DNA of 62,031 bases, counting the filler, from Sphacelaria rigidula (Eukaryota): the NCBI GenBank assembly GCA_964200075.2. It is 9 parts of 9 records of this genome, joined end to end, with 100 filler letters (N's around TTAATTAATTAA, not from the genome) between each part and the next. Parts side by side here need not be neighbours in the genome. Positions count along the whole stretch, not along the records: positions 13,809 to 20,612 come from CAXNAA020017996.1; positions 20,713 to 27,516 come from CAXNAA020017997.1; 7 more parts are not named here. One strand, written 5' to 3'. Below, piece after piece: positions 13,709-26,730 of this stretch (positions are counted from its first letter, which is position 1; each line of letters opens with the position of its first letter). Both the position numbers and the translations under genes were made by a program. The notes under the pieces were generated by a model. The model saw nothing but the letters and a program-made list of their open reading frames with translations, was not told the DNA's origin and did no database searches.

Positions 13709-13808
13709 NNNNNNNNNNNNNNNNNNNNNNNNNNNNNNNNNNNNNNNNNNNNTTAATTAATTAANNNNNNNNNNNNNNNNNNNNNNNNNNNNNNNNNNNN
13801 NNNNNNNN
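13709..13808. other. Artificial contig linker
   Basis: N-TTAATTAATTAA-N. Confidence 0.98.
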
Positions 13809-13885
13809 GTTGATCCTTTGAGACCACGGACTCATCCCGAGGAAGGGGAGGGGTTCAACGTGTGAGGGAAAAAACAAACAAACTA
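13809..13885 (+). mobile_element. 3' tail of SINE family A at contig start
   Basis: GATCCTTTGAGACCACGGACTCATCCCGAGGAAGGGGAGGGGTTCAACGTGTGA plus A-rich tail. Confidence 0.65.
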
Positions 13886-14370
13886 TACAACGGCTGCGGC
13901 AGCTCTCTGGTATGTTCTCACGGAAGTTTATGGTACATATACTACAACTCACTACATGCGCCGGATGGCCCGACAGCGGCTCCACGCCAGTGATGCTTCA
14001 CCCTCTTTGCCGTGTCTCGTGGCCGCATGCTTCAGGGTTATGGCAGTGACGGCTACGCATGGCCTACCAGTGAATGGGTCGCAGCAGCAACTACCCCCCC
14101 CCAACTTGACGGTCGCGTCACACTCGAGACATTACCGACGACGAGGACAGCACAAACAAACACACGCGACAATAGACAAACAGGGCAAATATATATATAT
14201 ATATATAAACACCACGAATTCGCCTCGATTGTACAGTATCGATCCGCTCACATGTTTGTTTGTTTTTTCTTCACGTATTTTTAAAGTACCGACATTGCCG
14301 CCGTGTAACCGGCGCTATTTTTTTGTCCTCATGGTTGCCGGTTCGTTTTGTTGGTTCCGAAAAAGCAAAG

Positions 14371-14568
14371 GTGGTGCCTCACGAAGTCATGGGCATGTCA
14401 AGCTTCACCAAGAACATGTTCATCGGCCTGGGCGGCAAGAGCGCCATCGACTTCTCGCACTTCATCGGGGCGGCCTACGGAATGGAGAGGATGATGGGGC
14501 GAGCGGACAACCCGCTGCGACGGATCCTCAATCGCGCGGGAGAGCAGTTCTTGAAAGACCTACCCCTG
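14371..14568 (+). CDS. Internal exon of a LarA/DUF2088 (lactate racemase superfamily) gene
   Basis: 66 codons VVPHEVMGMSSFTKNMFIGLGG..SHFIGAAYGMERMMGRADNPLRRILN; matches the remembered family pattern VVPHEV.GM....KN...G.GG....SH..GA.YGMERMMGRAD.P.R; bounded by AG acceptor and GTATGC donor, phase 0. Confidence 0.85.
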
Positions 14569-15960
14569 GTATGCATGAGTAGTACCGCACATGTGTTTCA
14601 CCACAAGTTCCATGCACTTATAGGTCCCTCTTTTCAAGTCAGTATATGCCCGCACAAGGAAATAGGTCGACCCTACGTCGGGACCCGGCCTTAACTCCTC
14701 GGGCGCGAGACCTCCTTTCAGAACAGTAAACGCTGGCCGACGTTCAATGCCGCTAAACCTCTCGATGATATAGCCGAGTAAGCTCCACTCTGTTCTGAGA
14801 GGAGCACCACTAACGATGAAAATTGAACGTATCCGTGGATGCCGTGGGTTGTCAACTTTTTCTTCACTTTTCTTGAGCGAGTTTTTCAGTCTTGTTTCTT
14901 GTTTCGGTGACGTCATTATCATGTGAGTGATGATCACGGCTGGATCATGACTACCTGAGAGGGTCAGTTAACGCGCGACAATCAGTGATATAATAATCAA
15001 GTCAACCTCTGAATCACGTTGCGTGTGTGTGTTTTCCCCAGTGGTGGGTTTAAGGTCGACTGGGGATATCTGACGCTAAACGGGTTCATGTGGAACCACC
15101 CACTTTAGATATGGGTAATCATGTGTTGAGCGCTCGCCGTTCCCCGAAAAATTGCCTACCCTGCTGCAGGAGACGGCTTTACATCAGGCAGCCGGTCAAG
15201 GAGAACCCCAATATCTCTGTATAGCCGGACTATCTCGTCTTTTCTTCACTGCGTTCGTTTCCCCCCTTTCTTTCTTCATCTTTCCCCCGTCCTCGAGTAA
15301 CACCGTAGTCAATGTTCCGTTCGCCTCTACCTCGTGACTAACCGTGGCTGGATGATGACTCCCAGCGTGTCAGTTGAGATGTGCGGTATTCATCATTTAA
15401 ATCAATCCGTCGACCAACTTGTTCTGTTTCAACGGGGGAGGGAGAGAGGGAGGAGCGTGAGGCCCCTGTGTGATACAATGGAATCAGGGAAGTTTGTAGA
15501 AAGTGCATATTTCATTCCGAACACACACACACGCGCGCGCGCGCGCGCACGGGTTCGGTTTATTATATATACCTTGTTTCGCTAAATTAAGCAGACTCTC
15601 GGCCGAGCGAACAACACCTTTTGCGATCCACCCTGACTCGCGTGGCAGGACGACTACTTGTCGTTATGTTGATAATGTTTTCGGATCACCCCCACTGAGC
15701 TCCAGATCCAGACCTCATTTCGGAACAATAATTACCGGTTTTACCGGTTGGTATTCCTTCGACATCAGCTCTTTTTGGTTTGCCCGTACGACCCCGCATG
15801 ATATAATAGCACAAACGTATAACCCCGTCGTTCCCCGACTCTTGACTCACGTATCGTGTTTGGCTTAAGTTGTTTTTTCTTTTTCTGCACGATTTTGCGG
15901 TGGTCCACGTCATCTGAGAATGTGTAGCGCCCATGGGGTCAGAAGGGATCTGCTTCTCAA

Positions 15961-16079
15961 GGGGGGGGGGGGGAGGGTTATACTCATGATCTTGCATGCC
16001 GTAGGTATAAGACCATCGACCTCGCACCCCCCTAGAAAGTCGTAACATAACACTCCGGGTTTTCGCCGGACCAGGCTCG
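15961..16079 (-). mobile_element. Short C-tailed retroposon (family C2) with perfect 14-bp TSD
   Basis: TGCTTCTCAAGGGG at 15951-15964 and 16080-16093; body matches 58177-58278. Confidence 0.8.
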
Positions 16080-16659
16080 TGCTTCTCAAGGGGAAGGCGA
16101 AAGCGTTCTCGTTTGTTTGCTTGCCTTGATCATTTGACCATTGACCACGGATCCCTTTCACGGTTGAGACGAATGAATTCGTGATTTCAAGTTATAGAAT
16201 CATTCCAACGAAAAAATCATACGATTCCCACATCATTTTCGGCTCGTGAGTCGTGCAGTACATGTCAAAGATACCTGATTTCTCCTGTACTGCAGTTTGA
16301 ATGAATCGATTGTACATGCCACGCACTTCCTACCATCATGAGGCGGGAACGTCATACACAACTTGCTTGAACGAGTCGTCCGAGGTGAGCGCCCGCATAT
16401 GTTTCCCACCTTCGGGTTAATGCGGGACCAACAATTTATCCAGGTTGAATCCTCTCAAGACATCGGCCCTGAATCACGCGTACTTTTCTCCCATCTGTAA
16501 TGCGCACAAGATGCCTGCACCGCATATGTGTTATCCACCCTCGACTCAGCGGGACCGACAATTTATGCACGCACAATCCTTTATATTTTTGGGAAGTCAA
16601 CTCGTATGAACTTGATTCGTTCTAACCGTGATCCCTTATGAGACGGAGCCCTCGAGGGG

Positions 16660-17290
16660 CGGGGGAGGAGGGGGGACACTCATGTGTTGCTTGCCTTAAT
16701 CGTTTGACCATTGACCACGCATCCCTTTCGAGATGGAGCATTGTTCCTACTCCTAATAGAGACACCTCCAACATTTAGATACTCATGACGTTTCTTCCAT
16801 TCATTACACAAAAACCGCTTACATATATTTTCTCCTTCCTGATACGCCGTCTGTGGCCACCATCTATTTTCTGGTATAGTCATGGTTGCCTCGCTACTGT
16901 CTTCTGCATCATGCCACCCTCGTTTGCTTCCCATATTTCCCCTCGGATACATCCCATTCCTCCTTTTATAGTTCGCAGTCTACCACTATTTGAGTTCTAC
17001 TCTCTATTGCTTTGCCACAGGGGCACTTCTGTGCATCTAAATACTTCCCCCCTCGATTGCTGGTATACAGTACCTCGTTCTTCTTTCTGGCAGGTTCAGG
17101 TCCCGCACCCTAAATCGCGGTTTCAATTTTCTCGCGGAGTCCATTGGACCATGCAGATATGTTTTCGTCTCTATCCCCTCTCTCAACCCCTCGTGTATCT
17201 TCAGGCGCTCTTCCTTGTCAACTTCCTGTCTCACCGCTTTCTTTCCCGTATTTTTATCGTGTCTCTTACTTTTGTCTTGTACCCACCCAG
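16660..17290 (-). mobile_element. 3' portion of LINE family C1 (ORF2 C-terminus and 3' tail)
   Basis: GLREGIETKTYLHGPMD..RKLK.RFRV homologous to 38880-39680; ends in the conserved tail and a C-rich run. Confidence 0.8.
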
Positions 17291-19212
17291 GGAGGGGGGG
17301 GGTGTACTCATGATCATGCATGCCATAGTCATTGGATCGGAGATTTTGACGGCTACCATGTTGCGGCGGATAAAACTTCGCACGAAGCTGTAGAAACCCT
17401 AGCATGATTCACGGTGTAGCGGGCGGGGCAATTTTTGTTTTGCCAAATGTAAACACAGCGTACATGCATGCACGCACTGTGAATCTACGCCATTCAAGGA
17501 CTTTAAACGATACCGTTTAGTTTCTGTTGGATACTGCTGACTGAGAGCTAGCTTCCAGGTAGCCTGCAAAGTATCGGCTCTCCGCCGGTACTTGTTTTTT
17601 CTTCACCATGCTTTCAACCCCTTTCCCTGCTCTTGGCGAGTTCGCAGTCTCGAGTCATCGTCTATTTCTCCCCGAGCACATACTCGAGGTTTTTGGGGTC
17701 TGGGATTGAATCGGCAGTCCTGCACCCCTTCAACTCTGAATATTTTCTGCTACACTGGGGGATTGATTAATTGAAGTGCGACACAACCATTCAAATCGCA
17801 TCCTTGCGCTTTTCAAGGACCGAAATCCAGATTACGCCGAGAGATGAGTAGTTATCTGTGGGGATTATCGTGCTCATTTTCTAATCGACATAGAAAAGTA
17901 GGTTGAACAGATATCCAAGAAACTCATCTCTTGTGTGTGTATGACTACTTCAAAAGGCACCCAGGTTAAGTTCTTGTTCTTGGAGAGATTATTTTAGTAG
18001 GAATCAGCTTCTACTTCAAACCCGCAGCCTTGAGCCTTGAGCGGCTGTTGTTGTATCGTTTGGACCTCCATCAGGGTGCCGCGGCGGCAGAAAAAAAAAC
18101 TTGAAATAATAGCGAGTTTCGGAAAACGTTTTTTTTTTCCCATCTTCGAGTCAGAGTGGAAGGAAAAATAGCCGGTAACGGTGCGCTTTTCGCTATGATG
18201 GAGTATTTTTTAGAGCGATTTCTTCAGAGTGAGAGTGCCGTTTGCACCGCACTTCACACTGAAAACCGTTGTGCCTCTTCAGAGTTCGTAGCGGAACGAA
18301 GAAAATGCTCAACGTCACCACCATGATCACAGCCGATTCAAAAGCACTACACCCTGACAAGCCACGTGGGACATCCATCACAACTGCCATGCTCATCACA
18401 GGGGATCGTTCACGAAGTAGAAACACTTTGCGTCGCCATCAGAAAATCTGCCGTGACGCTGTCACGGTATCAGCATTCGCTTGGTTGCGCTGAGTGAAAA
18501 TTCAAATGCTCTGCGGATACACACCGTTGCCTTGGGTGCAGTTCCTCATATTTTGCCAGCTTCAGCTGTGAGAAGACGGCGTGAACGAATCGTAGTCTAC
18601 AACGCACAAGCAGTAAGTACTACTACACCTGGCTACATTGCCCTTCCGTTAGAGGTCATGACTGCTTGCAGCACCAGTACGGGTGCCATGTGGAGAAATC
18701 GTCACGATGCGGCCTTGTCTTTGGTTTGAAAGTGCTGCGTACTGTTGTACTGCACTACTGTACAACTGACTGTACGGTATCGCTATAGTTCACCGTACCG
18801 CAATGTACTGTCTGTTGTAGGGTTCTGCATTGCACTCTCTGTACTGCACTGGCTGTACTCTACCCTGCACAGCACTAGAGTGCCCTGTGGTGCGCCATGG
18901 TGAATCGAAGTACTACAGGTGCGATGAAGCGTAGTGTACGGTACGTGCTGTGCCGCAGGGTATGGCACAGTCAATGCTGTGCTGACCTGTGCATCTTCGG
19001 ACTCCACCTGGTCGAGCGCACATTTGGCGGCACAACCTGCGGCCAATCACGGCGAAAAAAAGAAGTCCACATCAAGCCACGTCACATCAGCTTCCGCTAT
19101 GAACTTTTTAGCGTGCCACTCTGAAGTTTCAACGCTCCCCACTCTGCACTCTGACTCTCTGATGAGAAAAAATATCTTTCGAAACTCTCTCTAATAAGAA
19201 CGATTACAATGA

Positions 19213-19262
19213 TAGCAGCAACAATAGCAGCAGCAACAGCAGCAACAGCAGCAACAACAGTT

Positions 19263-19317
<55 letters not shown>
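19213..19317. repeat. (CAG/CAA)n microsatellite
   Basis: Direct reading. Confidence 0.95.
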
Positions 19318-19318
<1 letters not shown>

Positions 19319-19909
19319 ATTTGATTACACGTCCACACCCCAACCAAATAATAATGCACAAATAAGGAGGAGAAGGAGAAGAAGAAGAAAAATAATATAT
19401 AATAATACATCATATGACATATAATTACACGTCGACACCTCAACCCCTTTCCCCCCTCCTCACCCATCTCTTCCACCTCATGTATTTTTCGCCCGTTCCC
19501 CCCCCCTTAACAAAAGGTGCACGTTTTGACCGTGGTTGGGCCCGCAGGGAACCGAGGAGGTCTAGCGCTTAGAGGATTGTTCGTGGGGGACGATGAAGAG
19601 TGCTTCAAGATGGCCGCCAAGTTGTCTCTCGAGGTCAACTTCAACCTTGTACCACGACCTATCCAAAAGGTAGGGCGGCCAAAGTAATTGATTATTGATT
19701 AATTGATTGAGTGTATTGATGTTTTGGGCACTGGCGATGGAAAAGTGTGGATTTCGAGGTGCTGTTTTTTTTAACGACATATGGTTGAGTTTTTAGAGCT
19801 TTTCACGCAAAATTATTAGCCCGGGGCGTATTTTTCAGACGCGTATATAAATGTGCCCATGTGCAGCACGGGACTCAGTACATAAAAAATACACGTGGGG
19901 TAAATTTTT

Positions 19910-20390
19910 GCTTGTGTGGTGTGATGGTCCGACTGTCGCCATTAGGGTGGAGAGAACGAGGGTTCGATTCCCGATGCGTTAGGTTTTTTCTTCGTAATAT
20001 CTGATTTCCACCGTGGAGAGCGTGAGAACGTGAGTAAACAAAGTAGTCGAGTGAGTTGGTTTGACGTGAGTTGATGCAGTGCGGGAGTGCTGATGGTCAT
20101 GACCCAATCCGCGAGACCAAAATGCAAGGGCGTGTACCGGGGAGAGTGGTGTAAATTAATATGGTCCGACTGTACTGCCATTAGGGTGAAGAAGACGGAG
20201 ATTCGATTCCCGATGCGTTGGAGTTTTTTTTCGATGCATCTGATTCCCACGGTCGAGAGCGTGAATACGTGGATAGACAAAAAATTGGTTGACTGAGTTC
20301 GTTTGACGAGAGTTGACGCGGTGCGCGAGTGCTGGTGATCATGAGATCCAATCCGCGACAACAATTTGCAAGGCGTGAACCGGGGAGAGA
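19910..20390 (+). mobile_element. Tandem dimer of tRNA-like SINE family A unit (237-bp period)
   Basis: ATGGTCCGACTG at 19924 and 20161; A-box-like TGGTGTGATGG and B-box GGTTCGATTCC. Confidence 0.75.
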
Positions 20391-20612
20391 CATGTCCAAA
20401 ATTTCGGTGCCCATTGCGTTTCTTCCATACATCACACAAAGATCTTTTACATATCTTATCTCCGTCCTGTTTCGCCGTCTGTGGCCCCCATCTTATCTCA
20501 ATCTATGGCCATCGTTTTCTCCCTACTGTTTGATGCATCAAACGGTTTCATGCCACCTTTGTTCACGTCCCGCATTTCTCCATCTAACACGTCTCACGGG
20601 GTCGGGGGGGGG

Positions 20613-20712
20613 NNNNNNNNNNNNNNNNNNNNNNNNNNNNNNNNNNNNNNNNNNNNTTAATTAATTAANNNNNNNNNNNNNNNNNNNNNNNNNNNNNNNN
20701 NNNNNNNNNNNN
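20613..20712. other. Artificial contig linker
   Basis: N-TTAATTAATTAA-N. Confidence 0.98.
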
Positions 20713-22435
20713 ACCGGTGCTGCTTTCAACGACGATCTGACTCGAAATTTCGAGCAACAAATGGCCCAAAATCCCCCCCCCCCCCTATCGTAGGATGACT
20801 CACAGGCGAGTGTGCGTTTGTTACTGGGATGGGGGGTGTAGAGCAGTCAGATGGGGGCGAACCGTGGTTGCTTGACACGGGGGCCACTTCGCATTTTTCG
20901 CCTGATTGGAGTGAGATGACGGCTTACAGAAAATGTAGTGATAGGGTACTGCTCTGTGCGGGCGGTGGTACCTACCCGATCGTGAGGCGAGGTAATTTGA
21001 CTCTCGCTTTACGATCTGACAGACGTGATGTAGTTTTACATTTGAAAAATGTAGACCACGCACCTTGCGTCCGTGCCCATCTGTTGTCATCGACCAGGAT
21101 CTTTAACGCCGGACACACCTACATTGGATCTAGTAACGGCTTCCGTGTTGAGTTGATATCAGACAACACCCTGAAAATCCCCGGTCAGCATAGACAGCTG
21201 AAAATATACACCCAACGCATCCACCCTAATTGTCATGACAAGCCTGCGTCAGCATGCGCTGTGATTGCCCCGGGGGAACTACCTAACCCCCGAGTTGTCG
21301 ATATCAACGACTGCCACTGCTCCCACGCGCACGCCGACGAGGATCTGCTTCGGCAGGCAGCGAAGAAGCTCGGAGTGGAGCTGCGCAGCAAGTTGAGACC
21401 GTGCCAGGATTCTCGGAAGGGAAAGGACTGTGACGGCCCATTCCAAGATCGACTCATACACGAGCAATCAAGCCCGCGTCCAGAGTGTTTGTTGATCTTA
21501 CAGGGCCAAAACCACTTAGATCCTGGGGCGGAAAATGGCACATGACATTAGTCCGTGATGACTACTCCCGGTACACTAGACTGTATTTTCTATGCACCAA
21601 GGACGAGGCCGAGCAGTACCTCAGTAAGTACGTCCCAGAGATTCACCCTCGAAAAATTGAGAGGGTTCGCCGTGACGGTGGAGGTGAATTCTCGGAGGGT
21701 GCGTTGGAAGATTTATGCGATAAGGAGAAAATCAAGCAAGAAAAAACAACTGCCACAACTGCCAACTCCCGACAGAACAGCGGCGTCGCGGAACATGCAA
21801 TTGGCATCACAGAGCCGGCCGGCCTTGCGGCCAAAACTCAGGCATCGGAAATGTACCCGAACCAGAATATTTCGAGTGGCAAGAATTTGTGGGCGGAACA
21901 AGCTACCTGGGCATGTTTTGAACTGCACTGCGACCTCTGCTAATCCGGGCAGGAAGGCGCCACATGAAATGTGGCATGGAGTACCACTGGCAAACAATCT
22001 CCTTCCGTTTTTCAAACCTGGGTTTGTACGTACAGAGGACAGACAACTTACAGCGAGAAGCTCAAAGGTGCTGATACCTGGATCCAGCCCCAGGATACCC
22101 GCGCGATGCTGTGAAAGTGATGACGGAAACAGGGCAAACTATTGTGACCAGGCACGTAACATGGGCGTATGTTCCCCCTTCTCCTTTCCCCGCCCCATAG
22201 CAAGCGATCCCGACGCTCGACGTAGCGAGGGATGACCAGACGAAGAGGGCCGGCCGGTAGCGAGTCCGTGGAGCAAACCCTGGTGGCGTGTGCGCCATCA
22301 CGCGGTTCACGTCGCGTGTCGGTTTGCTCCCCAACTCCGAACGGAACGCAGGCGACGCCACACCGCAGACCTCCGCTATTGGTTGGGAGGTATTTTACAA
22401 AACCCAGTTCAATATCTCATCGATGACCGGGGCTT

Positions 22436-22650
22436 GGCGCCGCCCACACCGCCGACAACGCCGATAGTCGCAGCGCCGACATCACCGCTGTCGACTCCGA
22501 CAGCCGTAGCGCCGACAACACCGCCGACAACGCCGACAGCCGCAGCGCCGATATCACCACCGACGACTCCGACAGCCATAGCGCCGACAACACCGCCGAC
22601 AACGCCGACAGCCGCAGCGCCGACAACAGCGCCGGAAACACCGAAAACAA
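22436..22650 (+). repeat. 36-bp tandem repeat encoding a Pro/Thr-rich 12-aa unit in the copia INT-RT linker
   Basis: CAGCCG.AGCGCCGAC.. units at 22501, 22537, 22573 and 22609. Confidence 0.85.
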
Positions 22651-22760
22651 CACCAGAGCGGCGACCTGCATCGCCGGCACCGTATTCACCTGCGGTATCA
22701 CCAACATCTACCCAGCCAACATTGTCGCCGACAAGCGTCGACACCCCCGAGCGCAATGGC

Positions 22761-22835
22761 GGGGGGGGCGCGTACTCATCTGCTGCTTGCCTTAGTCGCT
22801 TGACCATTGACCACGCATCCCTTTCGAGACGGAGC
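22761..22835 (-). mobile_element. 75-bp 5'-truncated LINE C1 3' end inserted in the copia element
   Basis: TSD AGCGCAA(T/C)GGC plus G-run at 22750 and 22836. Confidence 0.85.
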
Positions 22836-25800
22836 AGCGCAACGGCGGGGGGGGGGTGGAGCTCCCGAACTCCCAAGGACGGAGCAACGCCGTCTTGCAC
22901 TCGACGACGAATTGTCTCTGCCTCCGCAAATGGCAGGCCGCACGCGCAGTGCGACGAGAGCGGTAGTCGACCGAAACGAGCTAGCATGCCGCACTCCGGA
23001 GGAAATACTGGCGGGGGAAAGATATGAATATTGTTCCCGCGTGATGGCGAGGGCTCAAGCAAGGGCTCAAGCGGAAACTATACTGTATGGAATGACGGAG
23101 GATAGGTGCGGGATGACGGACCTGATCACTGCAGCAGCCGGACCAGAGGTGGGAGGCAGCGCGGCCATGCTGATCGAGAAGACTTTTGCGGAGCAAGAGT
23201 ATTTTTCTTTTGCGGCCGAAAACGAAACAGAAGCAGAGCCCAGCTTTGGCTTGCGTTCCCCGATCGGTCTCCACGTGAGAGATGTCGAATCCCCCCCGTA
23301 ACAGTAGAAGAAGTGGAAAATCATAAAACAAAGAAATATGATTGAGTGCTATGTGTGCAGAACTGAATGGGCATGAAACCGCTGGTAAAATTCTTAAGAG
23401 AAGAAGTCCCCAAAGCAGTAAGTATCATTACGGAAAAATGGGTGTTCAGTTGGAAAACCGACGCCAACGGTGCAATTACCAAAGCAAAGGCGAGACTAGT
23501 AGCGCGTGGATTTGGCCAGAGATTCGCGGTTGGCTAGTTTGAGACGTTTGCAGCCACCCCAGTCATGACATCAATAAATTGGTCATGGCCGTGGCAGTGC
23601 AGAGAGGATGGTCACTGTATTACTTCGACGTTACCCAGGCCTCTGTACGAGCAAAAATGGACACGACAATCTTCATAAAGCTCCCAGGCGGGTGTGGCCC
23701 CTCGACGGGTAGTACAGTTAGACTGGAGAAATCCATTTACGGCATCAAACAAGGAGGGAGGCGATGGTCCCTCCTCCGGAACAAAACCTTGATGGAGGAT
23801 ACAGGGGTGTCACAAAGTGCAGCTCACTCGTGTGTATACAAGCAGGAGGAAAAAGGGAGTGTATGTGTCATACAAGCTGTGCTTGTAGACGACATCCCGA
23901 TTGGCGGTGAAACAAAAGAGTAGAGAAAGTCTGCGATATCCTCAACAAAAGAGTTTCGACGAACAATCTAGGTGAAGTCCAGTGGTATATGGGGTGTGCC
24001 ATAGAGAGGGGCTGGAGAAGAAGTACCCTGTATGTGAGTCAGAGAACATTTATCGACACCATGCTGAAGCGTTTCGAAGTCACGGATTTTCTGATATTCC
24101 CGCCTCAGTATCAGCAGACTTGGGACCGGTGAAGCAAGCAACCAAGGTGGTAGATAGACCCTACCGGAGTGCCATAGGGGGGTTGATGTGGTTGGCTGGG
24201 GTAATCAGGCCTAACATAGCAAATGCAGCCCGGGACCTGGCCCGTCAATCACATGACTCATGCGAAAGACACTGGCGAGGGGTGTTGAAAGTCCGAGCAT
24301 ACCTGAACATGACTAGAAACTACGGTCTGACGTTCAGTTCAGGGGAAAGTGTGATTTCAGTCTACTGTGATACTGACTACGCCAAGAAAGAGACAGACAG
24401 GCGATCAGTTGCCGGGGTAGCGGTGATGTACGGAGGGATAGCAGTATCAAGTATACTCGTCGAACGCAACACTGCATTATCCTGTCCACCACCGAGGCCG
24501 AGTACGTAGCTATGGCCGAAGGGACGAATGAGTGTATCTTTGTCAGGTCGGTACTATTTTTCCCACGACCCAAGGGTTGTGTTGGGAAGACAAATAGAGT
24601 ATGATATTGTTCTTAATGATGACAACGAGGGGGCTAAGGCTCTGGCCGACAACCCATTTAGCTCGGGTCGTAGCAAGGACATTGATGTAAGGTTGCTTTT
24701 TGTTAGGGACTTGGTTAGGGCGGGAGAAATGAGGATAGTACATGTGGATTCAGAGTGGCATCACGCTGATATTTTTACAACGCCGCTCCCAACCACGCTG
24801 TTCGAAAGGCATCGTCGTGCCTTGATGAACATCGGGGACAGCGAGTAGGCACAACTTATATTTTTTAGTGTGTCTTTCGATTTGTCAGCTCTAGATGTTT
24901 GAGGTCATGGTTTCCGTGATGCATCTGCACCTGTGTCGGGTGAAGCCGCTCACGCTAGTTTGTGGAGCATGGGTTCGGAGGACATTTCTCCTTGTCAAGT
25001 GCAGGTGTCCTGGCCTGGGCGTCTGCGGAAAAGGGCTGCTTGTTTTTGAGCATAAGCGGTGGAATTTGTGTGATGGGGAGTTTTGCTCGGAAGGCCGAGA
25101 TTCCTCCTGATTTAGTTTTTTTAGCTTTGAGTGCTGAGGTATCCAAACAGGGGGGTATTCGAGTGATTCACATGCTCAGTGATGCTGGATCTACGTTGAA
25201 CAGGGGATCGGAGTGACGTACGAGTCCTGGCAGTCAAGTGTGCGCAAATGTGGCACAGTGCGAAAAACGGGGTGCACGCGTTGTGCCCACCCGACCACTC
25301 TCTCACCAGCTTCCCTCTTTTTGAGCACTCTCCCAAGTTACAGTATTACTTGGATGCAAATAGACAAAGGCCAACGCGGAAATGGGAAGAACAATCGAGC
25401 GAGGGAAAGTAAGTAGAAGTAAAAGCGACGGGGAGAGAGCTTTAGACAACACAAATTCAGATAATGGTTCGGAAAGGAAGTTGAGAATAGTATCGTGGAA
25501 CGTGTGTGGATTTGTCACAGACAATTGCAAAAATATAGAGATAGTCCAACAAGTAAGTTGACGCGACCTAGATATAGTAGGAATCTAATAGTAATGGGAA
25601 AAAGAGGTGGCGGAAATAGGATGCAAGGTTGAAGAGTGCGTATGGATAGGGGAAAAGCGGAAGGGACAGAAGCCCAAGAGCAGAGGAACGGGAGGAGTAG
25701 GATTGTTAGTCAAGGGATACCTGTGTGACAGTATAGAAGTGATCGACGACACGAAATTTGACGAGATCATGTAAAGAAGGGTACCGGGAGAACGGGGAAC

Positions 25801-25853
25801 GAAGGACTTCCTCGTGGGGAACATCTACATGCCCCCAGAATCCAATAGTGGGG

Positions 25854-25942
25854 GGGGCGTACTCATTTGTTGCTTGCCTTAGTCATTTGACCATTGACCA
25901 CGCATCCCTTTCGAGACGGAGCACCGTTCCTACTCCTAATAG
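25854..25942 (-). mobile_element. 5'-truncated LINE C1 3' end (about 90 bp) inserted in the LINE endonuclease
   Basis: TSD ATCCAATAGTGGGG (25840) / ATCGAAGAGTGGGG (25943); removing it restores the reading IYMPPESKSGVND. Confidence 0.85.
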
Positions 25943-26730
25943 ATCGAAGAGTGGGGTGAACGATAAACAGCGGAGGTCTGGAGATACAGCAGCAGATGTA
26001 GATACGTACAAAATGCAAGGAGAAGTAATGTTAGTGGGAGACTGTCATGCAAGGGTAGGAAAAGCAGGTAAACCAGATGATATTACTGGGCAATACGGGG
26101 AAGATGGGAAGAACACGAATGGAGTAGAAATACTCACGGAACGTGAGCATAACGAGATGAAGACGCTGAACGATGGAGCACGAAAGCCAGAGGCGCAATG
26201 GACACGGGCTAGAATCCGCAAAGACGAGAGAGAATGCTCCGTTCTTGACTATATAGTGGTCAAGCATGGAAATAGTAAAGAAATGGAAGTACATGTACGC
26301 GCGGGGGACGTGGAAACCACAGATCATTGCCAAATATGGACATAAAGCCAACAGACGAGAGCTGAAAGGAATAAGCGGGATAGGAAGTTGTACAAACGGA
26401 AGATCGATAGAGTAGTTATGGAAGAAAGGCGGCAAGAGTTCCAAGAAGAGATGGCCAAGAATGCAGCGATGTTTCCGAGCTGTTGAAATGCGCAGGTACA
26501 GTTGAGACGGGATCGGAGATGAGTCGGGCAGGAGCAAACATCGTAGAGGGATGAGTGCAGTTGGTCAAGAACACAGCGAGTAAAGTCATAGGGAAGGAAC
26601 TGACCGTATGCAACAGAGCAGTAAAATGGTGGGATGTGAAAGTAAGATAGGCTATAACAGTAAGGACAGAGGCCCACGCGAGATGCATATCGAGTAAAAC
26701 TGCGGCAGGATGGGAGGAATATACTAAAAG

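Larger units (their letters stand above)
20829..24848 (+). mobile_element. Decayed Ty1/copia pol (protease, integrase, RT, RNase H)
   Basis: WLLDTGATSH; FVDLTG, DDYSR, RRDGGGEF; KARLVARG, YGIKQ, LVDDI; YCDTDYA, STTEAEYVA, DNEGA, ADIFT in copia order; many frameshifts. Confidence 0.95.

Noticed and set aside
19159-19185. Hammerhead-like core CTGATGA-GAAA..TTTC-GAAAC
   Set aside because: Stem II forms, but there is no adequate stem I or III with a UH cleavage site on either side; at best a degenerate relic.
22290-23062. Long Pro/Thr-rich and antisense Val/Gly-rich ORFs as host genes
   Set aside because: They arise from the 36-bp repeat inside the copia pol linker.
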